This document shows, in pieces, positions 29,153-39,380 of a DNA stretch of 61,197 nt (its first letter is position 1; each line of letters opens with the position of its first letter). Both the position numbers and the translations under genes were made by a program. The DNA lies in the NCBI GenBank assembly GCA_028698525.1, contig JAQVDB010000001.1:1-61197 (forward strand). Direction: 5' to 3'. The stretch is from Clostridia bacterium. Lineage in GTDB: Bacteria > Bacillota > Clostridia > JAQVDB01. Below the pieces are notes generated by a model, which ran no database searches, was not told the DNA's origin, and saw only the letters and a list, made by a program, of their open reading frames with translations.

Positions 29153-30265
29153 TCAACCCCTATCCAATTTTGCATATTTTGAAATATTCAATAATATACC
29201 CATACCCGCTAAAGTGATCACAAGGGATGAACCCCCTGAACTTATAAATGGCAGTGGGATTCCGGTAGGAGGAATACTAGAAGTGGCTACTGCTATGTTT
29301 ATGGCTGCTTGAACACCTATCAGTGAAACTATCCCACTGGCCAACAGGCATCCAAACATATCAGGTGAATTTACCGCTACCTTTATTCCTCTCCATATCA
29401 ATATAATAAATAACAATATAACCAAAGCACATCCTACAAACCCCAACTGCTCCCCTAATATAGAAAAAATCGAGTCGGTATGAGCTTCGGGCAAATATAG
29501 CAAATTCTGCTTTCCCCCTGTAAGACCGGTACCAAATAGACCTCCCGATCCTAATGCGTATAACGACTGGATAATATGATAACCTGTATCACCAGGATCA
29601 GCCCATGGATCGATAAATGCCAAAAATCTTCTCATTCTATAATCCTCTGACGTCACAAAATATGCTGCTGCTGCAAATCCAATAATTGCTATGGGCACTA
29701 GATGCCTCATATCAGCTCCTGATATATACAACATTATAAAAACTATAGTAGCCAAAGTCACTGCTGTACTTAAATCAGGCTGTAATAGTATTAATCCGAA
29801 AAAAGCAGATAGCACCACAAGATAAGGAACTAATCCCTTCTTGAAACTTTTAATTTTTTCCCCCTTTTTATCTAGGCTAGAAGCTAAATAAATTATCATA
29901 GATATTTTGGCTACTTCTGAAGGCTGGATTCCAACCCCGCCAAACCTTATCCACCTAGTAGCACCATGGGATTCATGTTCTCCTTTTAATCCCAATACAA
30001 ATACAACAACTAATAGGAAAAAACTTATAATAAGAGCAGGCTTTGATAGTTTTCTTAACTTCCAATAATCGAAATTCATCATGAATATCATAACAAATAA
30101 ACCTATAAGGCTCCAAAGCAACTGTCTTTTTAAAAAGTATGCGCTATCATTAAAATTTATATATGCATAATAAAAACTAGAGCTATACACTATAATTACC
30201 CCAATCGCTAAAAGCAAAAACACATCTAGTAATATAGTGTAGTCACAAGCATTTTTAACTGACAT
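29153..30265 (-). CDS. SEDS family peptidoglycan polymerase FtsW/SpoVE
   Basis: 10-TM SEDS protein (QPSEVAKI, LPEAHTDSIF, PLPFISSGGSS) between murD and murG. Confidence 0.9.
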   Translation of the reverse strand: MSVKNACDYTILLDVFLLLAIGVIIVYSSSFYYAYINFNDSAYFLKRQLLWSLIGLFVMIFMMNFDYWKLRKLSKPALIISFFLLVVVFVLGLKGEHESHGATRWIRFGGVGIQPSEVAKISMIIYLASSLDKKGEKIKSFKKGLVPYLVVLSAFFGLILLQPDLSTAVTLATIVFIMLYISGADMRHLVPIAIIGFAAAAYFVTSEDYRMRRFLAFIDPWADPGDTGYHIIQSLYALGSGGLFGTGLTGGKQNLLYLPEAHTDSIFSILGEQLGFVGCALVILLFIILIWRGIKVAVNSPDMFGCLLASGIVSLIGVQAAINIAVATSSIPPTGIPLPFISSGGSSLVITLAGMGILLNISKYAKLDRG

Positions 30266-30272
30266 TAAGGCT

Positions 30273-31631
30273 TTACCTCCTCAAATTACTTACCGCTTGC
30301 TTAAAAACTCTACCCCTCTCCTCAAAACTGTCAAACATATCCCAGCTGGCACAAGCAGGTGAAAGCAGCACAGCATCTCCACTCTTGGAGACCTTACTGC
30401 TCTGTTGCACCGCTTCTTTTAAAGTATTTACAACAATTATACTTTTAATTCCCACCTCATGGGCAGTTTGTTTTATCTTATCTTTAGTTTCTCCCAACAA
30501 TATGAGATGTTTTATTTTATCTTTTCCAGCAATCAAAAATTCAGCAAAATCACTTCCCTTATCCATGCCTCCTGCTATCAATACTATCGGCCTATCCACT
30601 GATTGTAATGCCTTTATAGAAGCATCGGGATTAGTCCCTTTAGAATCATTTATATATATCACATCATTTATCTGATCAACAAATTCCAGCCTATGTTCTA
30701 CGCCTGGAAATGTTTTTAACGTACTTTTAATTGTAGATGCTCCTATTTTAAACACAGATGAAACTGCTACCGCAGCCAATACATTCTCTAGATTATGAAG
30801 CCCGGGGATGGATACATCGCTTACTTTGCAAATAACCTGATCTTTACCGTCATATCCCATTATTATTTTATCGTCTTTTATAAAAGCACCCGTCTCTAAA
30901 ATCTTTTTACGGGAAAAAGGTATAACCCTGGCCTTGCTCAGCCCCTTTATCAATTTCAATCTAGGGTCATCCTCATTTATAATTAAAAAATCATCCTCTG
31001 TCTGATTTATAGTGATTTTAGCTTTTGCTTTTAGATAATTTTCCAATGTTTTATGCCGGTTTAAATGATCCTCAGTTATATTTAAAACTGCACTGATTTT
31101 AGGTTTAAAATGCTTTATTGTTTCCAGCTGAAAACTGCTTATTTCTGCTATCACTACATCTTTTTTATCAACCTTTTCAACTTGCCCTATCATAGGTACC
31201 CCTATATTACCTGATAAAAAAGCATTTTCTCCCGCTGCTTTAAATATTTCATATATCAACGAAGTAGTAGTGGTTTTCCCATTAGTACCTGTTATTGCAA
31301 TTATGGGGGCAGGACATATTCTATAAGCAGCCTCTACCTCACTTATCACTTCTTTTCCTAAGTCCAAGGCTTTTTTTACAAACGGTAAATCAGATGGCAC
31401 ACCTGGGCTTAAAACTATGATATCTACCTTATCTATAAGCGGGTCAGGCATTTTACCCAAATAAAATTGTATGTTATAGTCTTTAAGCTGATTCATCTCT
31501 GATAAAAGTTGTTCTTGCTCCTTAATATCGCTGACAAATATATTCGCTCCCATTTCGGATAATATCTTGGCAGCAGCTATTCCACTTCTTGCAAGTCCTA
31601 CAATAAGTATCTGCTTGTTTTTAAAATCCAT
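30273..31631 (-). CDS. murD: UDP-N-acetylmuramoylalanine--D-glutamate ligase MurD
   Basis: VGLARSG Rossmann start and GTNGKTTTTSL P-loop. Start at the second ATG (31631). Confidence 0.95.
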   Translation of the reverse strand: MDFKNKQILIVGLARSGIAAAKILSEMGANIFVSDIKEQEQLLSEMNQLKDYNIQFYLGKMPDPLIDKVDIIVLSPGVPSDLPFVKKALDLGKEVISEVEAAYRICPAPIIAITGTNGKTTTTSLIYEIFKAAGENAFLSGNIGVPMIGQVEKVDKKDVVIAEISSFQLETIKHFKPKISAVLNITEDHLNRHKTLENYLKAKAKITINQTEDDFLIINEDDPRLKLIKGLSKARVIPFSRKKILETGAFIKDDKIIMGYDGKDQVICKVSDVSIPGLHNLENVLAAVAVSSVFKIGASTIKSTLKTFPGVEHRLEFVDQINDVIYINDSKGTNPDASIKALQSVDRPIVLIAGGMDKGSDFAEFLIAGKDKIKHLILLGETKDKIKQTAHEVGIKSIIVVNTLKEAVQQSSKVSKSGDAVLLSPACASWDMFDSFEERGRVFKQAVSNLRR

Positions 31632-31646
31632 ATGAATCATCCTATC

Positions 31647-32648
31647 CTAAATATTTATCGCCAGTAGACCTATTAAACAAAGTATTACCGTAGCCACACC
31701 GAAAAATGTTACTATCCTACTTTCAGGCATGCCACAAAGTTCATAATGATGGTGCAACGGACTCATCTTAAATATCCTGTTTCCAGTTAATTTAAAGTAT
31801 ATAACCTGCAATATTACCGATACCGCTTCTATGACATAAATACCACCAAATATCAATAAAAACAGAGGGGCTTTTAGTACCACCGCCATAGACGCTATAG
31901 CACCTCCTAATGCCAGCGAACCGGTATCCCCCATAAAAACTTTAGCAGGGTATGTATTGAATCTCAAAAAACCAAGGCAAGCGCCGGTGAGAGCACCTGC
32001 TGCCACCGCTACATTCTTCATATCAGTTGCCAATAACATATTGCCTGTTTCAAACGCTTTTTCTGCAACAGCATTGAATACAAGGGCAAATGAAGCAGAG
32101 ATAATCAATGTAACAGTGGTGGCAAGACCATCTAATCCATCAGTAAGATTTACACTATTTACAGTGCCTACAATAACAAATGTTGTGAACGGAATAAAAA
32201 ATATACCCAAATCCCAATAAGTATCGGTAAAAGGTATTAATATCTTACTTCCTATTTCCGGATTTGCATATGCATATATTGAAAAAATAATTGCAATTCC
32301 TATCTGTCCAACCAGTTTTTGATAGGCTCTCAAACCTAATGATCTTTTCATCGCAACTTTTATAAAATCGTCTACAAAACCTATAGTACCATAAAAAAAG
32401 GTGATTAAAATAACTGCTAAAGTAAGTTCCCACTCCCCTTTAATAAATAAAAAAGTACCTACCAAAAAAGAGATAATGATTATCACACCCCCCATAGTGG
32501 GTGTACCTGATTTCTTTAAATGGCTTTCCGGTCCATCATCTCTTACATTTTGACCCAACTTCAATTTTTTTAATATAGGTATGATAATAGGCCCCAATAA
32601 AAGAGAAATAAAAAATGCAACAATGATAGAGTACACAACTGTCTGCAT
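31647..32648 (-). CDS. mraY: phospho-N-acetylmuramoyl-pentapeptide transferase MraY
   Basis: Motifs GTPTMGG, DDFIKV, NLTDGLDGLA, MGDTGSLALGG, PLHHHYE. Confidence 0.97.
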   Translation of the reverse strand: MQTVVYSIIVAFFISLLLGPIIIPILKKLKLGQNVRDDGPESHLKKSGTPTMGGVIIIISFLVGTFLFIKGEWELTLAVILITFFYGTIGFVDDFIKVAMKRSLGLRAYQKLVGQIGIAIIFSIYAYANPEIGSKILIPFTDTYWDLGIFFIPFTTFVIVGTVNSVNLTDGLDGLATTVTLIISASFALVFNAVAEKAFETGNMLLATDMKNVAVAAGALTGACLGFLRFNTYPAKVFMGDTGSLALGGAIASMAVVLKAPLFLLIFGGIYVIEAVSVILQVIYFKLTGNRIFKMSPLHHHYELCGMPESRIVTFFGVATVILCLIGLLAINI

Positions 32649-32754
32649 GATACCTGCTCCTCTCCTAAAACTGTCTATTGTAGTCTTTGTATATTATAAT
32701 ATATACTATCATTGTATATAAGTATTGTATATAAAACTATGTATTAAAATTTAA

Positions 32755-34209
32755 TTAAATATCGTCCTTATCTAACAATTCTCTCACTATCTTTTTTTCA
32801 TCAAATTCAATTACCCTATCCTTCAATATTTGATAGTTTTCATGTCCTTTACCTGCCAAAATTATCACATCATTTTCTTTCCCAATATTTAATGCGTACT
32901 TTATAGCTTCTAACCTGTTTTCGATTATTACATATTCACACCCTTCATATTTAACACCTTTTTCTATCTGTCTGATTATTTCCATAGGTTCTTCCGTCCT
33001 AGGATTATCTGAGGTGATTATGCATAGATCGGAATATTTTCCAGCTATTTTACCCATTTCAGGCCGCTTTGTGGCATCACGGTCCCCACCTGCACCAAAA
33101 AGCGTAATTATCCTAGCCCTAGCAAATTCATTTACCGTTTTTAAGATATTTTCCAATCCATCGGGGGTATGTGCATAATCTAACAATATAGTATAATCCC
33201 TATCATTCTCAATCACTTCAAACCTACCAGGAACACTCCTTACATTTTCCAACCCATTTTTTATATCAGATATGTTTACTCCTATTGCATAACAAGCGGC
33301 AGCTGCTGCAAGTGCATTGTATACAGTAAAAATTCCGGGTATGTTCATAGCGATGTCAGCACTATCATCCCCGGTTTTTAACTTGAATCTAACGCCCTTC
33401 TCGTCTATAGAAATATTGTCAGCTGTTACATCAGCATCTTTATGGATTGCATATGTGATTAATCGACTATTTAAATCCTTTAATATTCTATCACTGTATT
33501 TATCATCTATATTTATAACGGTCTTTTTGCTTTGCTTAAATAACTTAGCTTTAGCAGCAACATAGTTTTCAAAAGTCTTATGAAAATCTAAATGATCACG
33601 AGTTAAATTAGTAAAAACCCCCACCTCAAATCTACAACCTTCCACCCTATTTAATTCAAGAGAATGTGATGAGACCTCCATAGCAACACAATTTACGCGT
33701 TCTCTCACCATATTATCAAGTAGATAGAAAAGTTCAGGTGCTTCAGGAGTAGTTCTACTAGCCGGAATTTCCCTATCTCCTATCATATTGCTGATTGTAC
33801 CTATAATTCCTGTTTTCTCGCCTGCACTTTCCAGTATGGACTTAATCAAGTATGTAGTTGTAGTCTTCCCGTTAGTACCCGTTATACCTATGATTTTCAT
33901 TTTTTCATCTGGTGCCCCATAGATTCTTTTAGACACTAAGGCCATAGCTTTTCTTGAATCAGATACTCTTATGCGCGCTATCCCTTCTGGAACATCCACA
34001 TCATCTCTTTCTACCATTATTGCAGTTGCTCCATTCTTTACAGCTTGGGAAATGAAATCATGTCCATCACTTACAAAACCTGTTATACATATAAATAAAA
34101 AATTATTTTGCACTTTTCTTGAGTCATGGGTTATCCCATCTATTTTTGTTGTTTGATCTCCCTGTATTTGAATCACGCCTATGCCTTGGAACAATTCTTT
34201 GATATTCAA
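32755..34209 (-). CDS. murE: UDP-N-acetylmuramoyl-L-alanyl-D-glutamate--2,6-diaminopimelate ligase MurE
   Basis: GTNGKTTTTYL P-loop and the DNPR motif (TSDNPRTEEP), which indicates meso-DAP specificity. Confidence 0.93.
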   Translation of the reverse strand: MNIKELFQGIGVIQIQGDQTTKIDGITHDSRKVQNNFLFICITGFVSDGHDFISQAVKNGATAIMVERDDVDVPEGIARIRVSDSRKAMALVSKRIYGAPDEKMKIIGITGTNGKTTTTYLIKSILESAGEKTGIIGTISNMIGDREIPASRTTPEAPELFYLLDNMVRERVNCVAMEVSSHSLELNRVEGCRFEVGVFTNLTRDHLDFHKTFENYVAAKAKLFKQSKKTVINIDDKYSDRILKDLNSRLITYAIHKDADVTADNISIDEKGVRFKLKTGDDSADIAMNIPGIFTVYNALAAAAACYAIGVNISDIKNGLENVRSVPGRFEVIENDRDYTILLDYAHTPDGLENILKTVNEFARARIITLFGAGGDRDATKRPEMGKIAGKYSDLCIITSDNPRTEEPMEIIRQIEKGVKYEGCEYVIIENRLEAIKYALNIGKENDVIILAGKGHENYQILKDRVIEFDEKKIVRELLDKDDI

Positions 34210-34267
34210 TTTTTTACCTCCATGTTATCTTTAGTTTCCGTATCAAGTGGTGATTATATGCTTTGTG

Positions 34268-36454
34268 CTATTCTATATTTTCGCCGGGAACTTCAAACTC
34301 AACCTCAACAACAGAACCAGGCGAAACTTCTGTTCCCGGAGGAGGATTCTGGCTAACAGCAATACCGCTGCCATTGATTTTCAATTTCAGACCTTCAGCA
34401 TTTAAGATTTTGCTAGCATCAAGTATAGATTTACCCTTAACATCAGGAACTTTAAGCATATTGTCCCCTTCTGTGCTCATATCAAGATATACAAGTATCT
34501 TAGTGCCCTCTGCAACTTTTGCACCTGCTTTTGGGATCTGCTCAACAACAGTATTCCCATCACCTTCTACTATATATTCAAGTTTAGACTCTTTCAACTT
34601 TTTTATTGCATCCTCGTAAGATAAATTTCTTATTTCTGGCACCTCTACCTTCGTCTTTGCATTATCTGCAATTTCATCTTCAGTCAGTTCAGGCTGAACA
34701 CCTAAATGCATCAGAGAATCTTTGATTATTTCACGCACAACAGGAGCTGCCACAGTACCACCAAAATACGGATAAACACCAGGTTCATCCAATATAACAA
34801 GCACTACCACCTTTGGATCGTCCATAGGGGCTATCCCTAGAAAAGAAGATATATATTTACCACTTACATATTTGCCATCCTCGACTTTTTGAGCTGTTCC
34901 TGTTTTGCCCCCTACTCTATATCCCTCTAAATAAGCATTTTTTCCGGTACCGTCGGATACCACTTTTTCCAGTATCTCTCTAGTTGTTTTTGAAGTCTGT
35001 TCTGAAATAACCCTTCTCACCTTTTGTGGCTCAAAATATTCAACTTTGTTATTCTGTTCCCTATTTATGACACCTAGCGCAACTCTTGGTTTTACAAGAA
35101 CACCGCCATTCACTACTGCTGACGCCGCAGAAACTAATTGTAATGGTGTTACAGATATTCCCTGACCAAAAGAAATGGTAGCTAATTCAACATCTCCTAC
35201 ATTTTCTATGTTTTGTATAAGCCCTTCTGCTTCGCCTGTAACATCTATACCGGTTTTTTCACCAAACCCAAATGCATCTAAATACTTATAAAACTTCTCT
35301 TTCCCTAACCTAAATGCCGTTTGCATAAATACACAGTTGCAAGAATTCATCACACCTTCAGTAAAAGATTGTTGACCATGCGGTCTGTCGGATCTCCAGC
35401 ATTTTATTCTTCTCCCGGATACTAGCTCATATCCTTTAGCATAAAATTGGTCCTCAGGCTTAACAACACCCTCCTCCAACGCCACCGCTGAAGTAACTAT
35501 CTTAAAAGTAGAGCCAGGTTCATATGTATCTGATATTATAGGATTCCTCCATATCCGCATCCATTCATCTAAAAGCTCCTGTTCACTCAAACCATCCCAA
35601 CTGCCTTCAGTGGCCTTGTCCGGTGCCTTTCTAGGATCATTTAAATCATAATCAGGCTTTGCTGCCAATGCGAGGATATCACCATTGTTTGGATCCATCA
35701 CAACTACCATACCATTTTTAGCCTTGCTCTTTAAGACCGCCTTTTCCAGTTCCCTCTCTGCAAAATATTGTATTTTTTTATCTATAGTTAATATCAAGTC
35801 ATAGTAATCTTTAGGAGGTATAAAACTATCCGGCGAATCTATCTCTCTTCCCTTAGCGTCAGTTTCTGTAACAATCCACCCTGGGGATCCTACAAGATAC
35901 TCATTATAAAAAAGCTCCACCCCAGACAACCCTTTTCCGTCATCACTGGTAAATCCCACCACATGGGAAGCTAGACTTTTATTGGGATATATCCTTTTCT
36001 TATCCGGTATAAGGTATATTCCGCTTAACTCACCTTTTATCTTGAGTTCTCTGATTTTATCTGTTTGAGGCTTTTCCAGCTTCCTCTTGATATACACCTG
36101 GGCCTTGTCTTTCTGGGATAGCTTATCTTCTATATATTTAGCATCCATCTCCAATATATCTGTTAAATGCCCAACAGTTTCATCTATATCAGAGATCTGG
36201 TTGGGACTGGCCACCAAAGTTTCTGTATCTATACTCTTAGCCAGTATCTCTTTACCACTTCTATCATATATAGTTCCTCGTCTCGCATTGACTTGAAACT
36301 CCTTAGTCCACTGACTTATCGCTTTTTTTTGGTATTCCGGACCTTTGACCAGTTGAACCCACGCTACTCTTCCTGTCAATAAAATATAGATAAGTGTAAT
36401 AACTAGTAAAACTATCAATAACCTCTTCTTATGAGTCATACCTATTTCTGTCAA
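34268..36454 (-). CDS. class B penicillin-binding protein with two PASTA domains (SpoVD/PBP2B-like)
   Basis: Transpeptidase motifs STFK, SCN and KTGTA. Two C-terminal PASTA repeats. TTG start with RBS GGGGGTGA. Confidence 0.9.
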   Translation of the reverse strand: MTEIGMTHKKRLLIVLLVITLIYILLTGRVAWVQLVKGPEYQKKAISQWTKEFQVNARRGTIYDRSGKEILAKSIDTETLVASPNQISDIDETVGHLTDILEMDAKYIEDKLSQKDKAQVYIKRKLEKPQTDKIRELKIKGELSGIYLIPDKKRIYPNKSLASHVVGFTSDDGKGLSGVELFYNEYLVGSPGWIVTETDAKGREIDSPDSFIPPKDYYDLILTIDKKIQYFAERELEKAVLKSKAKNGMVVVMDPNNGDILALAAKPDYDLNDPRKAPDKATEGSWDGLSEQELLDEWMRIWRNPIISDTYEPGSTFKIVTSAVALEEGVVKPEDQFYAKGYELVSGRRIKCWRSDRPHGQQSFTEGVMNSCNCVFMQTAFRLGKEKFYKYLDAFGFGEKTGIDVTGEAEGLIQNIENVGDVELATISFGQGISVTPLQLVSAASAVVNGGVLVKPRVALGVINREQNNKVEYFEPQKVRRVISEQTSKTTREILEKVVSDGTGKNAYLEGYRVGGKTGTAQKVEDGKYVSGKYISSFLGIAPMDDPKVVVLVILDEPGVYPYFGGTVAAPVVREIIKDSLMHLGVQPELTEDEIADNAKTKVEVPEIRNLSYEDAIKKLKESKLEYIVEGDGNTVVEQIPKAGAKVAEGTKILVYLDMSTEGDNMLKVPDVKGKSILDASKILNAEGLKLKINGSGIAVSQNPPPGTEVSPGSVVEVEFEVPGENIE

Positions 36455-36478
36455 AAAAAATCACCCCCGCCTACGAGG

Positions 36479-36946
36479 TCAATCAAATAAATTGTAAAAC
36501 CTTTTAACTATATTTTCTACATTCTTTCCATATCTATCTGTTTTTTCCACCAGGGCAACTTTTGTATCCTCTGCATCAGACTCCTCAACAGGTAAATCCA
36601 CATATACTATCTGATAAGATTCCGGATACTGCATTCCCAATTGGTTTATTGCTATATCCTCTATCTCCCTCATATCATAGCTTGCTATCAGCTGGGTCTT
36701 TAAATATTCAGTGTTTTTTATTTCCTGCTCCAACTGATTGTTTAAAATAGATAATTGATGAGAAGCCATGATACTTCTTGCATAGAGCGTAAAATAAAAA
36801 CATACCATAGCAAAACAAACCAAAATAGCCAGTACCGGCTTTACCCTGTTTACTTTTTTAGGCTTTGAAGTTTTCTTTTGACTTTCTGTGGTTTGATTTT
36901 CCCTATAGTACTCATGGCTATACTGTTGTCTTTCTGCTACTAACAA
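36479..36946 (-). CDS. ftsL: cell division protein FtsL-like
   Basis: Basic N-terminus, single TM (VLAILVCFAMVCFYFTLY), coiled coil; sits between rsmH and pbp. TTG start with RBS GAAGGTGA. Confidence 0.75.
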   Translation of the reverse strand: MLVAERQQYSHEYYRENQTTESQKKTSKPKKVNRVKPVLAILVCFAMVCFYFTLYARSIMASHQLSILNNQLEQEIKNTEYLKTQLIASYDMREIEDIAINQLGMQYPESYQIVYVDLPVEESDAEDTKVALVEKTDRYGKNVENIVKRFYNLFD

Positions 36947-36978
36947 TTGTATTCACCTTCTTTTGTATTTAGAACGCA

Positions 36979-37914
36979 TCATATTTTTTCACATATTCTT
37001 AGCTTTGAACTTTTTGCTCTAGGATTATTATCTATTTCATGTTCAGACGGTATAATAGGTTTGCTGGTAATAACTTTTACCACCGGCTGTTTGCCACAAA
37101 CGCATATAGGAAATTCAGGCGGACATGTACATGGGTTTTGTAACATCTTAAAAGTATTTTTTACAATCCTGTCCTCTAAAGAATGAAATGTTATTATGCA
37201 CAACCGCCCACCGGGTTTAAGCACATCTACTATATCCTTTATCGCCTGCTCTAATATCTTGAGCTCTTGATTCACTTCAATCCTGATTGCCTGAAAAGTC
37301 CTCTTGGCTGGATGTCCACCAGTGATTCTTGCCCTAACCGGAATAGCCCTCTTTATGATATCCACCAATTCACTTGTAGTCTCTATCCTTTTTTGCTGTC
37401 TGTGCTCAACAATAAATTCAGCTATTCGAGATGCCCAACGCTCTTCACCATACCTTTTTATTATGTCAGCAAGGCGCTGTTTACTGTACTGATTTACCAC
37501 ATCTGATGCTTTCACAGGATGACTTCTATCCATCCTCATATCAAGAGGAGCTTCACTTTTATAGGTGAAACCTCTATCAATATTGTCTATCTGATAGGAA
37601 GAAACCCCTAAATCAAGTATTGCACCATTTATACCCTCTATATCCTGAGATTTTAATATATTCTTTATATCCTTGAAATTACCATTTGCATATACTATAT
37701 TTCCACTATATGTTTCTAAACGCTTTTTAGCTGCCTGTATAGCTTCAATATCCCTATCTATACAGACCAACCTCCCTCCAGGAAGTATATTCTTTATGAT
37801 CTCTGATGAATGTCCTCCTCCACCTGTAGTACCGTCAACTATGGTATCACCTGGGCCACATTCCAGACCCTTTACAGTTTGATGGAGCAAAACCGGTATA
37901 TGTTTAAAAGTCAC
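36979..37914 (-). CDS. rsmH: 16S rRNA (cytosine1402-N4)-methyltransferase RsmH
   Basis: [38 protein letters not shown]. Confidence 0.97.
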   Translation of the reverse strand: MTFKHIPVLLHQTVKGLECGPGDTIVDGTTGGGGHSSEIIKNILPGGRLVCIDRDIEAIQAAKKRLETYSGNIVYANGNFKDIKNILKSQDIEGINGAILDLGVSSYQIDNIDRGFTYKSEAPLDMRMDRSHPVKASDVVNQYSKQRLADIIKRYGEERWASRIAEFIVEHRQQKRIETTSELVDIIKRAIPVRARITGGHPAKRTFQAIRIEVNQELKILEQAIKDIVDVLKPGGRLCIITFHSLEDRIVKNTFKMLQNPCTCPPEFPICVCGKQPVVKVITSKPIIPSEHEIDNNPRAKSSKLRICEKI

Positions 37915-37932
37915 GATGTTTCACCGTCCAAA

Positions 37933-38364
37933 TCAAATTCCTAATTCCTCCATATTATTAGCTATCTCTTCATAGCTTAAATTTTCATCACTGTTATATT
38001 CTCTCCAAACGTCTTTACTCCATATCTCCACCCTTGTCAAAACTCCAATTATCGATACATCCTTGTCCAATTTCGCATAGCTTCTTAAGTTGCCAGGTAT
38101 TAATATCCTTCCCTGACGATCAGTCTCACATTCTGAAGCGCCTGAAAAGAAAAATCTAACAAAAGCTCTTGCATTTTTATTAGTGAGAGGTAATGACTTT
38201 AATTTTTTCTCCAACATTTCCCATTCATCATTGGGGTATACGAATAGACATCCATCTAATCCTTTGGTTATCACAAATTTTTCACCAAGGTTGTCCCTGA
38301 ACTTAGAAGGAATAATTACCCTTCCCTTGGCATCCACCGAATGATTGTACTCCCCAATGAACAT
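37933..38364 (-). CDS. mraZ: transcriptional regulator MraZ
   Basis: [19 protein letters not shown] and a second DxxGR repeat ([10 protein letters not shown]). ATG at 38364, preceded by GGGGGTG. Confidence 0.95.
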   Translation of the reverse strand: MFIGEYNHSVDAKGRVIIPSKFRDNLGEKFVITKGLDGCLFVYPNDEWEMLEKKLKSLPLTNKNARAFVRFFFSGASECETDRQGRILIPGNLRSYAKLDKDVSIIGVLTRVEIWSKDVWREYNSDENLSYEEIANNMEELGI

Positions 38365-38400
38365 GTTTTCACCCCCCACTTATACTTTACTACCACTTCG

Positions 38401-38425
38401 TGCCACTTTCAACCACTTAATTGTT
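38401..38425 (-). promoter_or_regulatory. MraZ operator: three GTGG(T/C) direct repeats at 10-bp phasing
   Basis: Reverse strand GTGGTtgaaaGTGGCacgaaGTGGT, 37-61 nt upstream of the mraZ ATG. Same architecture as the three 5-nt-spaced repeats bound by MraZ in other bacteria. Confidence 0.65.
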
Positions 38426-38512
38426 TAATTCTATATATTTTCTTAAATTCCTTCATTTTAAAAAAAATTTTAATAGATTTTATTAAATTGAGACTTAAAG
38501 CCTAATTTAAAA

Positions 38513-38551
38513 TAACAAAAAAAGAGATAGCTTCTAACTATCTCTTTTTTT
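38513..38551. terminator. terminator after lgt (bidirectional form)
   Basis: Stem AGAGATAG/CTATCTCT flanked by a long A-run and T-run. Confidence 0.65.
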
Positions 38552-38557
38552 GCTATT

Positions 38558-39328
38558 TTAAGCTTCTGTTTGTTCATCTTTTGAATGATGGTACCTCTTT
38601 TTAATAAAAAATATTATCAATGCAATTATTATAAGTATCAAACTTAAAAGTTGGGAAACTCTGAAAGGACCAAACATCAGGCTATCGGTTCTCAAAGGTT
38701 CTATAAAAAATCTCCCAAGGGGGTAAAGTATCAGATAAGCAAGAAATACAGAACCTTTCATCTTTTTCCTCTTTCTAAGCCATATCAAATAAAAAAACAC
38801 CCCGAAGTCCCAGATAGACTCATAAAAAAATGTAGCTAAGTGCCAATTCTCCCCTATCTTCACTGCAAAAGGAAACCATTGCAAGGATGGGTTGGTCACC
38901 TGATATCCATATGCCTCTTGATTAAAAAAATTACCCCACCTTCCCATAGCCTGTCCCAATATCAAGCTAGGAGTGAGTATGTCCACCAGCTCCCAGAGAC
39001 TTATCTTTCTCCTCCGGCTGAAAAATATGGATACTATTATGCCCGCTATAACCCCTCCATATATCGCAAGACCACCATGCCATATCTTAATGATGTCTTG
39101 GGGATGCTGGGAGTAGTATGCCCATTTAAATATCACATAATAGATCCTAGCACCTAATATGGATAGAGGAATGGCTATCAAACAAAAGTCCAATATCAAC
39201 TCACTATTATGCCCCAGCCTCTCTGCTTCCTTCATAGCAATATATAGGCCAATCACCACCGCAGTTGCAATAATAATACCATACCAATAGATAGAAATGC
39301 CAAATATTTCAAAAGCAACTCCAGTCAT
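38558..39328 (-). CDS. lgt: prolipoprotein diacylglyceryl transferase Lgt
   Basis: YWYGIII, HGGLAIYGG and GRWGNFFNQEAYG signature. Confidence 0.93.
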   Translation of the reverse strand: MTGVAFEIFGISIYWYGIIIATAVVIGLYIAMKEAERLGHNSELILDFCLIAIPLSILGARIYYVIFKWAYYSQHPQDIIKIWHGGLAIYGGVIAGIIVSIFFSRRRKISLWELVDILTPSLILGQAMGRWGNFFNQEAYGYQVTNPSLQWFPFAVKIGENWHLATFFYESIWDFGVFFYLIWLRKRKKMKGSVFLAYLILYPLGRFFIEPLRTDSLMFGPFRVSQLLSLILIIIALIIFFIKKRYHHSKDEQTEA

Positions 39329-39380
39329 ATACCTATCACCCCTTAAAAGTTAGATTTTTGTGAAATTGCAAAACAGCAAC

